64,000 bases of DNA from Sphyrna mokarran (lineage: Eukaryota): the NCBI GenBank assembly GCA_024679065.1, contig JAGIQG010000008.1:27466001-27530000 (forward strand). The letters run 5' to 3'. Shown piece after piece: positions 1 through 13,871 of this stretch. Below the pieces are notes generated by a model, which did not search any database, had not been told where the DNA came from, and was given only the letters and a program-made list of their open reading frames with translations. The translations under genes were made by a program, and so were the position numbers. The stretch's first letter is position 1. Every line of letters starts with the position of its first letter.

Positions 1-700
1 ATCTTGACTATGTTAAATGATAGCTTTCATGTTCAGTTGGTTTTGATTGAATCTCTCTTTGACTACTACAGGATCAAAGCATCACCATAGAAATCTTGCA
101 TAAACATGTAAGATGACCTTTATGGAGTTTCAAATGAGCTGCTCATTGAAGTATTTGTGATTAACAAAGACTCCAGAGTGATCTGGGGCTGGGCTACCAC
201 AATACACTGTCCATGACTCACTAGACCTTTGGATGCCAGTTACAGCTACATCGTCATTCTGACTGATCTTGCTGGTTGCAAACTAGGCATAATTCCAGAT
301 CCTAACATGCATAATACTGGTCACCTGTTTGATGCATTAGTGTGCAGTAGATTGCAAGGTTCGGCAAATATCTCCTGCATGTCCCTGGATGGAGTAGGAG
401 GCAAAGAAATTAAAGGCAATGGCATATTTTGCAACTACTGATAATGAGTGCCCATCTGCTCCATTTGACAGGAGGCTGCAAATGTGCTTGGATGTGTCCA
501 GGAAGCTAATCCTCTGACTAAAGCCAGTGATAGAAGCATTGCCTCCTACAAGTTGCATCCCTATGCTGAACACACATGAAGCAGTAGGCTGAAGAGAGGG
601 TTGCAGTTATTCCTACTGCTCATCTTGGTCCTTACCTGAAGCCCAAGGTAAAGCTGCATTCATGCTGCACTGCTGTCCTGCTATTTCATAGATGCAAAGT
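1..700 (-). mobile_element. Decayed PIF/Harbinger (HARBI1-like) transposase relic
   Basis: Minus ORF 337-573 and its continuation read ...GHSLSVVAKYAIAFNFFASYSIQGHAGDICRTLQSTAH*CIKQVT. This resembles the HARBI1-type motif VKVTxALNFFASGSFQxxxGDxCxISQSxAHxCIKQVT. Stops and frameshifts are present. Confidence 0.7.
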
Positions 701-814
701 GTAGATCAGACAACGCACAACTCCAAGTATCTCCAAAATATTGGAAATAACGGCCAAGGTAGCACAATCTCAGAACAAGTGCTGTCAGCAAAGTTTTTTC
801 ACTTAGGAAGGAAT

Positions 815-905
815 AGTAGAATTACAGAATTCCGACAGTGCAGGAGACCATTCAGCCTGCACTGAGAACAGTCCCACCCAGGCCCTATCCCCGTAACTCC
901 ACATA
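815..905 (-). mobile_element. HE1/V-SINE 3' fragment
   Basis: agaattccgacagtgcaggagaccattcagcc...ggccctatccccgtaac matches the reverse complement of the SINE tail seen at 26540-26640, 30640-30715 and 53380-53470. Confidence 0.7.
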
Positions 906-2297
906 GGAAGGTAGTGGTGTAGCCTGTGTTCTTAGAGAAACTTTTGACTGCTGTTGGTTCAGCTCCTCAATCTCTATTGTCCTCTCACTTTGCTTTCACT
1001 GATGAGTTCCAGGAAATCTGAAAAACCCTCGGCATTCAATTTAAAAAAAAAACACAAAACTGCTGCCAATTGCCTTTTGTTTACAGTAACATTGGAAACA
1101 TCTCTCCTAGGGTATATACACCATGTAGCCAAATGCACTGACATTAAAGCTGAAAATCAATGGGTTGTTGCCAGAAATTTCAATTCTTTAAGCTTGCTCC
1201 TAAATCCACTCACCTATTTGGCTAAAATTGCCCCCAATTTGCTTCCAGCCTCCCTTCTCCCTTGATAAGTGCAGTTTTTTCTATTTTGTGGCCTACCACT
1301 TAATCTTAATTACAAAAACGAGTGAATTAGATGAAGGCCAGCAACCCAGAAGCGTACACCTTGTATGATGGGAGAACTGAAGTAAGAGATTTAATGTTAT
1401 TCTGTTGACATTCTCGAGCCACGCAAGCCAGTAATTGCTGTTCGTGTGGCTGGACGCAAGAATACTCGATTGCGACCTATTGCCTCACCAGCACCCATGA
1501 TCAGAATGCATTCTGAATGATTACTTGGACACTCTTCACATACTAACTTTCATTTGTAAGTGTGTGGGTATTCAGTAAAAAAAAAAGTGACATTTTTGTT
1601 ATTTTGACCGCTCTGATCAGTTCTTAAGCATTGACTGCAATTCTGGAGATAACGTGGTTGATGCTTGTACCACCTCCTTCCTCATACCACAGGTAATATC
1701 TTTGGAAGGAAGATTTACGTTCATGAATGCCCAATACACTGTGCACTATTTCTTCTAAGAGCTTCATGCATGAAAAATTGTGACATCTTCTTCTTTTGCT
1801 CCATGTTATACCTTGGCTTTCCTTGTGTCAACTGATCCAGAGTTAAACATTCTTGAAACGTGGCACAAAAACATTGCTGACACAAGCAGCCAAGCTGACT
1901 AACAATCAAAGTGAGCAAAACAATGTTCCTTTCTTACCTGCAGCTGTAGTTGTTGAAATCCTCAACTGGAACTAGTGTTTCCAAAGCTGCTTTCCAATTT
2001 CCATGCACCCCAACGAATTACACCCATTTTCTGAGTTACTACTCCAGTGTACATGCCAATGAGCTCATCAAGGGACTGCTCATGTAAATACTCATCCTAC
2101 CATCAGCAGGTGCAACTATTTTCCACTGGAATGAAAGTGGAGCAGTGTTAAAATGTAACTCACTGCATAAAATTTCAAGACAAGGAGGTTAATTGCACAT
2201 GACACAGCTTGTCTGTCCCTTGTGAAAAAAGCGAGGTTTGCCTAAAACACAAGCAATTTTGATGTGTCTACACAGTCGTAATTTCACGAAAGACTAT

Positions 2298-2950
2298 GGC
2301 AGGAATACTCCCAAAAAAATTCTAAGTGTTGAATTCATGTGAAAGCTGCAGTAACTCATGCTGTTTTTTTTCCAACAGGAGTTCAAAGGAAAATCTCCCA
2401 CATTCAGTGGCCAGGGCCTATTGCTGCTGGAAAGGCCAGTAATATAGCATTAAGCGGAGGACTACATATGCGCCACTCTGTCAGCACTGGATCAGTGCGT
2501 GCGCAGTGGCACCAGTCTGCCAGCCTACCAATTGCTGGCCAGCTTCATGATCCCCACAAAGCCAGACGTGAGATCTCCACAGCTCAATTGTTGGCCCCCA
2601 AGACCATTGCCAGACCAGTCCTTCCCCGTCCGCCCATCACCCTGATTTCCACTTCTCCACAACAGTAATGCCCCCCACCATCCACAGCAGGCTGATCTAC
2701 CTAGCCCTTTCCCCTTGGCACAGCCCCATAGCTGATGGGCAATGCCTAGGTGTGCCCAGGCATTGGCACTCCCTGTTGGGCAGTGCCAGTGGTAAAGGCT
2801 GGTGCTGCCAAGGTGGCAATGCCCAGGGACATCCCCCACCAATCTTGTGGAGGGATACCAATTGCCCCCCTTCACTTCATGGCGTTGGGCCACAAACTCC
2901 CCGAAAGTAGAGTGTTATGCTAAACCCCACTGGAGGGGCCACAGTGACAA
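2298..2950. mobile_element. GC-rich non-autonomous DNA transposon (MITE-like) relic
   Basis: Starts ggcaggaatactccc, similar to other MITE ends in the window. The interior is GC-rich with repeated ggcaatgccc/gtgccag motifs, also seen at 36111-36482. Confidence 0.5.
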
Positions 2951-3049
2951 ACAGGACACACGATTAAAACTCTAATGCTACTTGTTTTTCTCTCAGCTAC
3001 CTGCTTTTTTTTTTAAAAAGCTCTCGTACATTCTGTGTAATTGCAATTT

Positions 3050-3620
3050 CAAGCAGGTGAATTTTTATAACTAGAGAGAGGTTGCTATCCTATACAGTAT
3101 AGATGGATAGGCAACATTATGGTCAATCTTTCTTGATAGAGCTATTACTTGGATCTTGTCAGCACTGAAGATACACACCATTTATCCAGACACTGTCTAA
3201 TTTTGTCTACATCCACCTGCAGTGATTCAGATGCTACTCGATTTCAGATGAGAACTAAACTACTCTCTAGAGGGTGGCTTCATCAGCAAAGAGAACAATG
3301 TTACTTTTGCTGATACCAATCAGATCATTAATGAAGATGTGAAACAGAAAGAGATCAAGCATAATTTTCAAATTGACCTCCACGTAGATATTGCACAAAG
3401 ACAAGAAATATCCATTTGTAATGATCTGGTTTGCTCCTTCAAAGTCACAGCCATTTCAGCAGTTCAACAGATACATTACAAGAAGTTTATTTTTAAAATG
3501 TGAGGCTGTAGCATCATATCTTACCACACAGTCTTGACTATTGCTCCAAATTTCTTTGTTTGATGACAAAACTTTGGGACTGTCAGCATATAGTTAAAAC
3601 GTTATGACGGCCTATTCATT
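3050..3620 (-). mobile_element. Old LINE reverse-transcriptase fragment
   Basis: The reverse complement of about 3275-3300 reads LFADEAT, resembling the RT (Y/F)ADD motif. Heavily decayed. Confidence 0.4.
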
Positions 3621-6600
3621 GGTGGAGATGCTGAAGACTAATTGAAACAGGGTCCAGGCATCCGTAAATAATTGGGGGTTGAGGTGGTGTGGTGATGGTT
3701 AACACCTTGCTTTTCTTTGCTGCAATGTGGCCACTCCTATCTTTCTTTGGGCTTACCACTAAATGATTGGAGTGCCCCTGTGTATTAGGTGATACACAAA
3801 TGTGCAAATCTACTATGCAAATCAAGTTCACAGGTATCCACTGACATTTAGAACAACACTGCAGCGCATGTGCCATGCACACTCTTCCCTGTATCAGCCA
3901 GATAAGTCCAACCAGACAGAAGCTCAGCAAATAAAGTTTAATGTATTTTTGTGGAGATAACAGAAAACAGTGTGCTCCTCTGGCTTTAACAAAAGAAAAG
4001 TTGCTTGCTAATGTTCTTTTTGGTTTTCCTTTGTTGTGCTTGACTGATTTATTGCAATATCCGGAACACATAAGAAACAGTCATGTGCCTGTGCTGTCTA
4101 GAGGCTACAGTATTTACCAGTGTCTATCTTAAAGAGAGAAATGGATCAATGCCTAACTGGGACAGTGACTGTTTTATACAAGAGGTAGGTACCAAATGTT
4201 ATGGTCAACATAGGCTTCTAGATCAGTATTGATTGCCTGAAAAGATTGTGAAGGTTTTTTTTCATATTTTTACCGCTAAAATTGGCCTGAGATTTTTGAT
4301 TTGGCTTTTCACTATTACATGGTAACTGAAAAAATATGTAGTCTCGTGAAATGAGGCATAAAGAATGACAAAGCAATGGGATAGTTTTGATTACCAGCTG
4401 GTCTTTTTTAGCATTATTGTCCATCTGTATATTTTTCAGGAATTATTTTGATGGCTTCCCGGATAGTTTGGATAAGATTCTTTTTCACTCTCACAAAGAA
4501 GGCAGTTTATTTTCAGCAACACAAGATCAAATTTTGAATGCTGCAAAATGTCCATTTGAAGGAAAAATATTTTCATGACTTTGTAAAATTAGTTCCCAAG
4601 CAAGTAATTTGTGTAATAAGATGGGAATGTTAAGTATTTATAAGTTGTTGCTGTTGTCACATTTAATGTTTAAAATTCTTGTACTGGAGAGACTCCCAAC
4701 CACATTTAAGATTGACAAATACACAATTATATTATTTGCATATTATAAAGAGCAGAGAAAAAAAGAAACAAGATCTAAAGGGCTTTAGGCTGAAAGAATG
4801 CAGATATAAGTTTCTTCTTAAGTATGAACAATGCAAAAGAGTGGTCTTGTCAGAATGTTGAATGCCTCTCAAGTGGTGGGTGTAGGTGCCATGTGAAGGG
4901 CATTAAAAAAGAAATACTTTTCCGTTTTAACCTAGCTGTCTAAACTGATAACCAGGGTCCTTTATATTATTTTCTCAAGGTCGTGATCACTGTTCATATG
5001 TGAACACAAATACTTTGGTTCAAAGTGATTCCAGACTGCTCTGTAAATATTTTACAACAACTAATTCAGGTAACACGCATGTGCAAGCTCATCAAAACTG
5101 GCTGTGTTTCATGTTATAGCTGTGCATCTCCCCAACCTCCAGGAAAGCTACATAAATCTGCTGACAAAGTGGCATTTTGAAACGCTTAAGAGATGAAACA
5201 AGGAAAGTGCATTAAGTAAAGGTTTCATTGTTTTCCTTGCAATAGAGTTTTTCCCATTACTTACTGACAGTTTTCTTTCAGGCATTAAGGCTAATACCTT
5301 CACATCATATGCCAAATTATCTCCAAATGACACAAATGTACTTCTTTCATTTTTCAATACCACTAACCTTTGAAATGAGTGGATACACTTCTCTTTCACT
5401 CTTCTAGATTGTTACCAAATAGGAATGATATTTGATTTGAATTAAAGGTTGTCTAATTCTCTGGAATGGTTGTAATTAGATTAATAGGTGAAAGAGCTTG
5501 AATTTGGGTACTGTGATTGTCCTATCAGGTTTATACATTAGACATTTTTTTTCAAAACCAACTAGTTCATCAAATTGTAGAAGTCAAAAAAGGTCATCCA
5601 GCCATCTAGCTCACCCAATTATTGTGTCACCTTTACATTCAGAATGTACACATAACATTTACATCCTTTTCATGCTCTTGTGCCAAGGTGGTATTCATCT
5701 ATACCTGTCAAATCAATTACTTGTCCATATTCAAAAGGAGGTACTCGTTTCTGTACATTAACATGCCTAAATATTAACCACTTAGTATTAAGCATATACC
5801 CTCACTTTAGCTGTGAGTCATGCCCCCTAGTTCTCTTCTCATAAAAGCACAATGTGGTAAATTGAATCAATTCCTTTAACAATGTGTTATTTCTATAAAC
5901 AAATTCTTTCCAATGCCAAATGCCTTTATTTCAGCAGCACAGTGGCCAGAACTGAAATAGTAAATAAGCATTTAAAAATGAAAAGCATGTGTAAAAATAC
6001 AGCAAGGCCAAAAATGGAATTCACGTGAGCAATATTAATGATCTCATTTTAATAAATTACAGACAAATACTTTGGAATCTTAGAAAAAAATTACAAAACA
6101 TTTATACTTCAAATTATCACCTTAACAGGCATGAAAATGCAGATTGAATTTTATAACAGTAATTGATCACTACAGAAACATTACATGGGAAAAAGTATCA
6201 GCTAAATTTCCAATATGTTCTACTAACTCCAACTTAACCCAACCTAATCTGATTGATTACATATGTCTGTTAAACTCAGTTTCAAATTAGAGTCAATTAA
6301 AACCTGGTAAAAGCTATGAAGAATACGGCAAAATACATAGCATTTTCACAAACATGGTGAATAATAAAAAAAGAACAATGCGTAGGTCTGAACCAAGCAT
6401 ATGTTTATCCAATCAAAGACTATACCTTAAGAAAGGGATTACCTACTACAGAAATAAACATTTAAATTATAATTTTTCTTAATGAGCCTATTAAGAATTA
6501 TATTTCAAGCAACCGCTCTTAATATTCAACAAAGGATTGCAACATTTTCCTTGCGTTCTAGCACCAATAGTTTACTACTGTTTCTTCCTAAAGGCCATGT

Positions 6601-6906
6601 ATTACCAGGTATTATCATTTATTGATTCTTGATCCAGAATCAAACAATCATATTGCAAACAAAAATACTTCATACATGTTGCTTTGATGGCAATGTTGTA
6701 TTATATTTTCCTTTAAATTATACTTTTTGAAAAACTTAATGAGGGTAATAAAATGTAATAATAGGGAACCACAGTGCATAAATAGCTCAAGACTTAAACA
6801 GCTAGTTTCTGCAATTGTTTATTTTGAATAATAACTTCATTTAGTTTTTAAAAATGGATTAAAGCAATGGACTTTCTCTTTTTTTACAGCTATCATAGAA
6901 CGTGCT

Positions 6907-7535
6907 GGGATTGATTTTAACCCTGCTAACCCAGTGAAATTTAGGGAATTGAAATTGAGTCGATTACTTACTCACTTTGAACTTCCCCATAATTTCCGAT
7001 TTTAACTTGCAGGGTTCCATAGGCGGTTAAAGTGCCCACCTAAAGCAGGAGGGGATCTGATGAATTTTTGAAAGTGATGGTCGTAGTATGTCAAAAGTAC
7101 CTTGATTAAATTTCAATGGGGGATCTGAGTGAGGAAGGCCGCAATAGCTTTCCTGCTATGCTAAAACAACTCAAAAGCTGTTCTGACAAAAGAGACCCTA
7201 AAAGATTACGTCCAAGATTTTCCTTTATGGGGTCAATAGAAACAGAAGTTTTCCTCGAGACCTATGAGGAAAGTCATGGCGTCCCCCTCAGACTCACCTC
7301 CCTCTTTCCTGAAAGACCCTCACAAAACTCCCATTCACTTTGCTTAATTGCAGGTTGGCCCAGATGGTAATTGTCCTGCAACCCTTTCCTGCCCAGAATA
7401 GGCGGGAAGGGGACGGGTGGATTCTGAATGATATCCAAGGGTTAAACTACCCTAGGCCTGAAACTTAGGCTAGCAAGTGCATTTTGCACTTGTCCATCTT
7501 CCCGCTTTGCAGAACCCAGGGTTAAAATCAACCTA
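6907..7535. mobile_element. Harbinger-type MITE with terminal inverted repeats (TIRs) and 3-bp TSD
   Basis: Left end gggattgattttaaccctg, right end cagggttaaaatcaaccta. Flanked by gct at 6904-6906 and gct at 7536-7538. Confidence 0.75.
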
Positions 7536-7637
7536 GCTCATCAATTTAAAATCAAGTCAATGTTCTCGAGTCCAGAGTCTCATCCTTCATAACAAACACG
7601 TTCAGTTTATGTTACAAGTAGGTGCGAAATCAAATAA

Positions 7638-7656
7638 TGTGGCCCTCTGGTGGAAA
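7638..7656 (-). promoter_or_regulatory. Candidate CTCF site
   Basis: Minus strand reads ttCCACCAGAGGGCcaca, matching the CTCF core CCASYAGRKGGC. Lies in non-repeat DNA. Motif match only. Confidence 0.45.
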
Positions 7657-7975
7657 ATAACATATTACATCTGAAGTGCCCAAGACAAAAACTGAAGACT
7701 TATAAATAATAAAGCTGATTAGCATTACTTTACTTAAAATTAAGTAGATAGATATTTATCAGCAAAAGAGTGCATTATTATTATATCACATCATTAAAAT
7801 CCAATATACTCAAGCACAAAAATGTCTGCATAAATGGAGAATAATTCATGTGAAATTTGTTTTCAACACTAAAAGATTAAAATCACTAAAAAACATTTCA
7901 GAATATATTTTACTGTCCTAAAAAATAGCCTTTGCATCAGATAATGCGAAAGGTGTGACAAAAATGAAATAAGAA

Positions 7976-8155
7976 NNNNNNNNNNNNNNNNNNNNNNNNN
8001 NNNNNNNNNNNNNNNNNNNNNNNNNNNNNNNNNNNNNNNNNNNNNNNNNNNNNNNNNNNNNNNNNNNNNNNNNNNNNNNNNNNNNNNNNNNNNNNNNNNN
8101 NNNNNNNNNNNNNNNNNNNNNNNNNNNNNNNNNNNNNNNNNNNNNNNNNNNNNNN
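7976..8155. other. N-run, 180 nt
   Basis: Directly observed. Confidence 0.99.
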
Positions 8156-8903
8156 TTCTTGCATCATGACTTAATACCTAAAAGTGATTAAGAAGCATCA
8201 ATTAACACTCTCGTTACACCTTTACACTTCCATTATCAAGATGGTCCCATTCTGCCAATTACAGAGGCAGTCCCAGAACAGAAGGGAAAAGCGTGGTATA
8301 GTCTTCCAACAAATAAATGTCTTAAAGAATTGCCTAGCTGTTTTTTTTCCTCTCTTAAGTACATTATGTTTCTAAATTTCCAGCTAACATACCTTTATCA
8401 TTTTTTTGTGAACTGCAAAATACATCAAGTTGCAGGACATTTCATGATTAAAAAAATATAAACAATTTAATTTTTTTTGCCTTGCACTTAAAAACACCTC
8501 ATATTGAGAGCACAAATTCAAACACTCTATTTTATGTATTATCAGCTTCGACAGCCGTGAATGACTGTAGCTTATTTAAAATATTCAGTATCTTGATTCT
8601 GTCAGTATTTTACAGCATTCTTTATGAAAGACTGTTGTTTAATGATGCACAGCTAATCATACTAAATTAAAATTTTGTAAGTGAGTTACAAATCATGCAG
8701 TATCAGCCTGTGATAAATAGTGCAAAGGGCTTCCTTTTTGGGTGACTAAATAAAATTTTGCCTCAAAGGCATCTGAAGAAAAAAGCCCTTGCTGAAAACA
8801 TCACAGATATTGCCTAGTTTTAAATCTACTGGCTGATATTCATTTATTTTTGTGACATTTAAAACATTTAATACTGTCCTTCGTCGGAAGTAATTAAGCC
8901 CAT

Positions 8904-9139
8904 NNNNNNNNNNNNNNNNNNNNNNNNNNNNNNNNNNNNNNNNNNNNNNNNNNNNNNNNNNNNNNNNNNNNNNNNNNNNNNNNNNNNNNNNNNNNNNNNN
9001 NNNNNNNNNNNNNNNNNNNNNNNNNNNNNNNNNNNNNNNNNNNNNNNNNNNNNNNNNNNNNNNNNNNNNNNNNNNNNNNNNNNNNNNNNNNNNNNNNNNN
9101 NNNNNNNNNNNNNNNNNNNNNNNNNNNNNNNNNNNNNNN
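8904..9139. other. N-run, 236 nt
   Basis: Directly observed. Confidence 0.99.
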
Positions 9140-10999
9140 TTTGAGGCGAGCAAAGAGATGTCCTGCTAAGATCAGTTGAAAGCCTTACAGTAAATAAAAT
9201 AGCCACAATGACCTCGCAAACTACAACCTGAGGATCTAGTAACTAGACTCTACTGACTCTCGAGGTCACACATTTTCCCCAAAGGCCTTAAAACTTGAGT
9301 TAGCACATCGCACTGCAAACACAAAAACAAGCTCCACTTCGCCTTTTTTTTAAAAAAAGATAAAGTCCACTGTCATCTGAAGCACAGACAGATATTCTAG
9401 ATAACATTCCCCTTCTGCTAGTTAGAGCAAATGGAGTTCACGCTCAAAATGCATAAATGATAATTCTGATTACTAGGCCAATAAAATCAGAATCAAATAA
9501 TATTACTCACATTATTACTATAATTCTGCCCCACAACCACAGATAAAATCTACAAATCATATTCATGAATTGAATTTTTAAAACATATTTACACAACAAA
9601 AGGTGGACACTCCTGAACACAACAGAAGCTTCATTTTCCACTACTTGCCAGGTGTAGTTGAAAACGTACAGGATACAAATAAAACAAATAGGCAAGTAGT
9701 TACACAAAAGCTGACAGCCGCTTTAGCTACAGTAAACAACTGCTGAACCAGATGTGTTTATGAACAAACAGTCCAGGTTATATTTCTTAGAACATTAACC
9801 AAAAAGATAATAGGAATGGAAAATGTGACACATGATGTTGACGGCTCTTACAAGAGAAGAATAAAGCAAGCATATTTTCAAAGCCCATCACGAATGATCA
9901 CTCACATATATTGCACATTGTACAGGCAAAGTATTTTTAAAGATTTAGAAGGTGGGGGGAAAGCTGGATTAGTCTTGCTGTGGGTTAGCCACAGGACACA
10001 ATTCTTTTTGAAAAAAAGTAACTGAAGGAATCATTGGAAAAATAATTGCATTGTCAACAATACTATCTTCTACACAACCCACTGCCACTTTACGATAACA
10101 CAGGAAAACCACAACACCATTGCTTGCATATGCAGTGTTTTCTGGTGGGGAGAAATAATCAGAATTAAAAGAAAGGTCTGCCACATCTGGAGTCACAACA
10201 ATCTGACACTTACTGCTTGATTTGCCAATTGGAAATACATTTTTTGGTGTCTATTAAGTTTGTTTAGAAATTGAAATTTACACTGGCAGTGATAGGATGA
10301 TTTTTCGGAGTATTAATGGCCTGGGAGAGAGGGAGTTCCTTTTAAACACAGTGGCAATTTACACAAATTTTATAAATATTTGTTGAGGGAGTTCACTGCT
10401 GTTCAAAGCAGATATTTTTAACTCCCTCGCACACTAATAATTGCTTGACTAGTGCGTTGCTATTGTATAACAAATGAAGGAGTCGCAAAACTTCACTGTG
10501 ATAAAGCAATGAACTCCTAAATTACATGGTCAATCAGATAATTTTGAAAAAAAAATGCATCGGCGACATTCATTTATATTTTTAGGAGGATTAAATACTT
10601 CAATATTGTATGTGTGCACAGTTGAGGAAATGTGTAAATTTAAATCAAAATTTATTCTACTTAAATAACTGAGATGTTTAGATTTTAGATGATCAAGGTC
10701 TCTGTTTATTTTAATAAACTTGGACATCAAACTATTTCAAGTTTCCATTGTATTAAATTCATCCTTCTAGATTTAGAACTTTTTCTCACTCCATCTAAAA
10801 CCTCAGGGCTAATGCTTCTCATTGCAACTTTTATTTTTTGTGTTGCTTTCTGTTTTGTTCAAACTTGAAAAACAGGAGAATTTGCTTTTGTGAACTGGGC
10901 AAACTTATCCTCAACAGATTGCAGACTTAAATCCTGGATAAGATATTCAAACATGTTGCATGACCATTTGGATGAACTCTGTATTTAACCAGGGCCAAC

Positions 11000-11760
11000 T
11001 CACTGCTCATTGGTTGGGAGATTCAGCAGAGGACCATTATCGTTAAGCGACAAACAGTATTTCAAGATTGTCAGCACTGTTTAAAAACAGCCTACCTTAA
11101 AGGAGCCATATTGAGGCTATAGTCATGCCTGACATGGAAAAACTGGCAAACAAGTGCAAGAAAGTCACAAAGCTTTTCAATGTGACACTGAGGACTTTGA
11201 TGTAAGGTGGTGGAAGAAAAGGGAGATGTCCTGTATCTACAGTGGTTGGGTCACTGATATGGGGGGAGTTGATCCTCCAGTTACACAGTCAAAAGATAAC
11301 TAGAACAAATAACTGTGAAGTTACTTCACTTGAATGGCCATAATCAGTGAATGCATCTTCAAGTGCCATTTCTTAGCAACTACACCAGGAGCCTCAGCCC
11401 TCACTCAAATTAGCATACCCCATCACTCAGCTACCACGGTCTCTATCCATCAGCCTCATATCTAACATTCATACGCTGCATCTCACCCACTTGCATTGCT
11501 GCAAGCCTCAAAGTCACATCTTACAGCTTGCACATAGTGCCAACTATTCAATCAGGACAGCCACATCACTGAAATAATTTCCACAGCACTCATTGACACA
11601 GTTGTCTCTCTCTTATAGGACAAAAGTGATGACTAAAGAATGACATTCCATATCCTGACTCCCAATGGAAGAGACAGAAGTGACCATTTTTGGGATGGTC
11701 ATTGCTGACGTTGTGGCCATAGATGGGGATGAAACCAATTGAAGATGATGATATCTTCTT
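11000..11760 (+). mobile_element. Possible relic of the Myb/SANT-like second gene of a Harbinger element
   Basis: Degenerate sequence with a splice-acceptor-like ctctctcttatag at about 11605-11618. It converges on the transposase relic at 13872-14560, mirroring the layout at 49.8-54.2 kb. Confidence 0.3.
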
Positions 11761-11931
11761 ACTTAGTCCTTCTTATAATATTCCATTTCCCTCCCATCCC
11801 AATTTTTCTCATTTACAAACTGCTGATAGTCTGAATGTAGAGTGGTAATGAGTACAACATGGCTGTAGACCAGGTCAGCATAGCTAGTTCATGGGAGGGG
11901 AAAATGTTTAGCATCAGCCTGTAGACATTCA

Positions 11932-12065
11932 GGGCACAATTTTCCAGTCATGCTTGCCCCAAGGCTGAAAACCGCCATCCGGGGTCAATGGACCATTGCA
12001 TGCTCCATGACCCTATCCTGCCTGCTACGATTCTTGTGGCAGGCAGAGACAGGAAAATTCTGCTC
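11932..12065. mobile_element. 134-bp Harbinger-type MITE
   Basis: TIRs gggcacaattttcc / ggaaaattctgctc (12/14 match). 3-bp TSD tca on both sides. Related copy at 41336-41450. Confidence 0.8.
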
Positions 12066-12369
12066 TCAACCTACAGAAAAACACTAATAGTTATGCACAA
12101 CAAAACATGGTGCACTGAGAAGCCTGTCAGAAAAACCGTAGTCAATGCCGAGGATCAGAACAAACTTGGCATAAAGCTTCGTGAAGAGGCTGGAGCTCAT
12201 CTTTTCCGGCATGTAATTGGTGGTCAACTCTGTTCAGCCAATCGTAATGGACAATGATACAGCAGCCCCGAAATCAATGCTGAAGCGAAAGGTCAGGATG
12301 ATTAATTAAGTTTTATATGCAAAATGGAAAATTTTGTTTAATAAATTTGTTTTCTAATGTAATGGACCG

Positions 12370-13870
12370 TCAAGTTTACTCCACCATTGAAAATGATCCT
12401 CAATCTCGAATCAACATTTCTTCCCTATCCCCATCCACTCAAATTTCCTAGAGCCCAAAGATCAATTGATCTCAGCCTCGATTGTACGAGCCCGCGCCGC
12501 CACCCCGATGTTCCCACCTCTACCCGCGATCCCTGTTCATGTTTATAGATCTATGGATTAAAAACCAAATTTGAAAAAAATTTAGGGAGAATTTGTTTTG
12601 CCAATTAGCCTAAGAGCACGTCTTTGGGATGTGGGAGGAAACTGGAGCTCCCGGAGAAAACCCATGCAAGCACGGGGAGAATGTGCAAACTCCCACAGAC
12701 ACAGGCCCAAATCCATGTATCTGCACAGCACAGCGATAGTCACTGAGCTGTCGTGTTGCCCATCAGATGGTCCAGGTCAAGCATACACTAACGACAGGAA
12801 GCAGTAGGATACTCTCGAGCAGTCCTCTCACGACCCATCGCGTGTATGCCCCTCATTTCTCCTCATTTCAGTTCTGCCGGCCAACCGCTTAGCCCAAGAC
12901 AAAAAATGTTCTAGACTGCTGAGCCGGAGAAAAGTAAATCCCATCAAGCCTTTTTAGATTCAAATATGTTTCACTAAGATCATCTCTCATTCTTGAGAAC
13001 TCCAGACAGCTTAGGTCCATTCTACTCAAACTCTTCTTATAGGTCAGTCCTCTCACCTCAGGAATCAATTTAGTTAATATTTGTTGCATTCTCTTGAAAT
13101 ATATCATTCTTAAGATATGGGGTACAGAATTGTACTCACTGTCTCAGGTGTGGTCTCATCAAAGACCTATACATTTGAAGTAAGACGTGCTTTGTCTTGT
13201 ACGCCAGCTATATAGTCCATTCTAAAAAAAATGTTAAACTGTCCTTCCCTAATTGCCAAATAAAAAGGTGGTGGTGAGCTGCCTTCTTGAACTACTTCAG
13301 TCAATGTCATGTGGATATATCCATGCAGGTAGGGAGGGTACTTCAAGATTTCACTCAGCAACAGTGAAGGAAAAAAATCATTCGGCATCCTAATTTCCCG
13401 GAATATTTGCATACAACTCTGTATATAAAGATATCCACATTTAATAGTTTCTCACAATTTAAAAAAATGTCCTCTTTTCCAATCTTCCTGCACACCCCAC
13501 CTTTTCACACATTATATTCCAGATGCAACCTTCTTGCCCACTCATTTAACCTACGCATATCCCTTTGCAGATTCTTTTGTCATCCTCACAGCTTATTTCC
13601 CATTTAGTTTTGTCTGATCAGCAAACTTGGGTGCAGTACATTTGATCCCTTTCTCTATATCATTAATATAGATTGTTAGTAGCTGAGACCCTTGCATTGA
13701 TCCTTGTGGTCCATTAGTACAGCTTGCCAATGTATAAACAACCCATTTATTCTTGCTCTGATTTTTTTGTCCTTTAACCAATTTTTTATCCATGCTAAGA
13801 TATTATGCCCAACTTTATGAGCCGTGATCTTCCTGAATAACCTTTTAAATGACACCTTATCAATGGCTTT
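12370..13870 (-). mobile_element. CR1 LINE 3' fragment (RT C-terminus and tail) with nested insertions
   Basis: Minus ORFs read QGSQLLTIYINDIEKGIKCTAPKFADQTKL, ILAWIKNWLKDKKIR and LEFSRMRDDLSETY, which are CR1 ORF2 motifs. Confidence 0.85.
12575..12760 (-). mobile_element. tRNA-derived V-SINE nested in CR1
   Basis: gtgggaggaaactggagctcccggagaaaacccatgc...gtgcaaactcc is the reverse complement of the V-SINE central domain. Confidence 0.85.
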
Positions 13871-13871
13871 G

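Noticed and set aside
1931-2130. Minus-strand coding exon ending at CAG|GTAAG (about 1938)
   Set aside because: All three frames across the roughly 190-bp segment contain stops, and no convincing acceptor was found.
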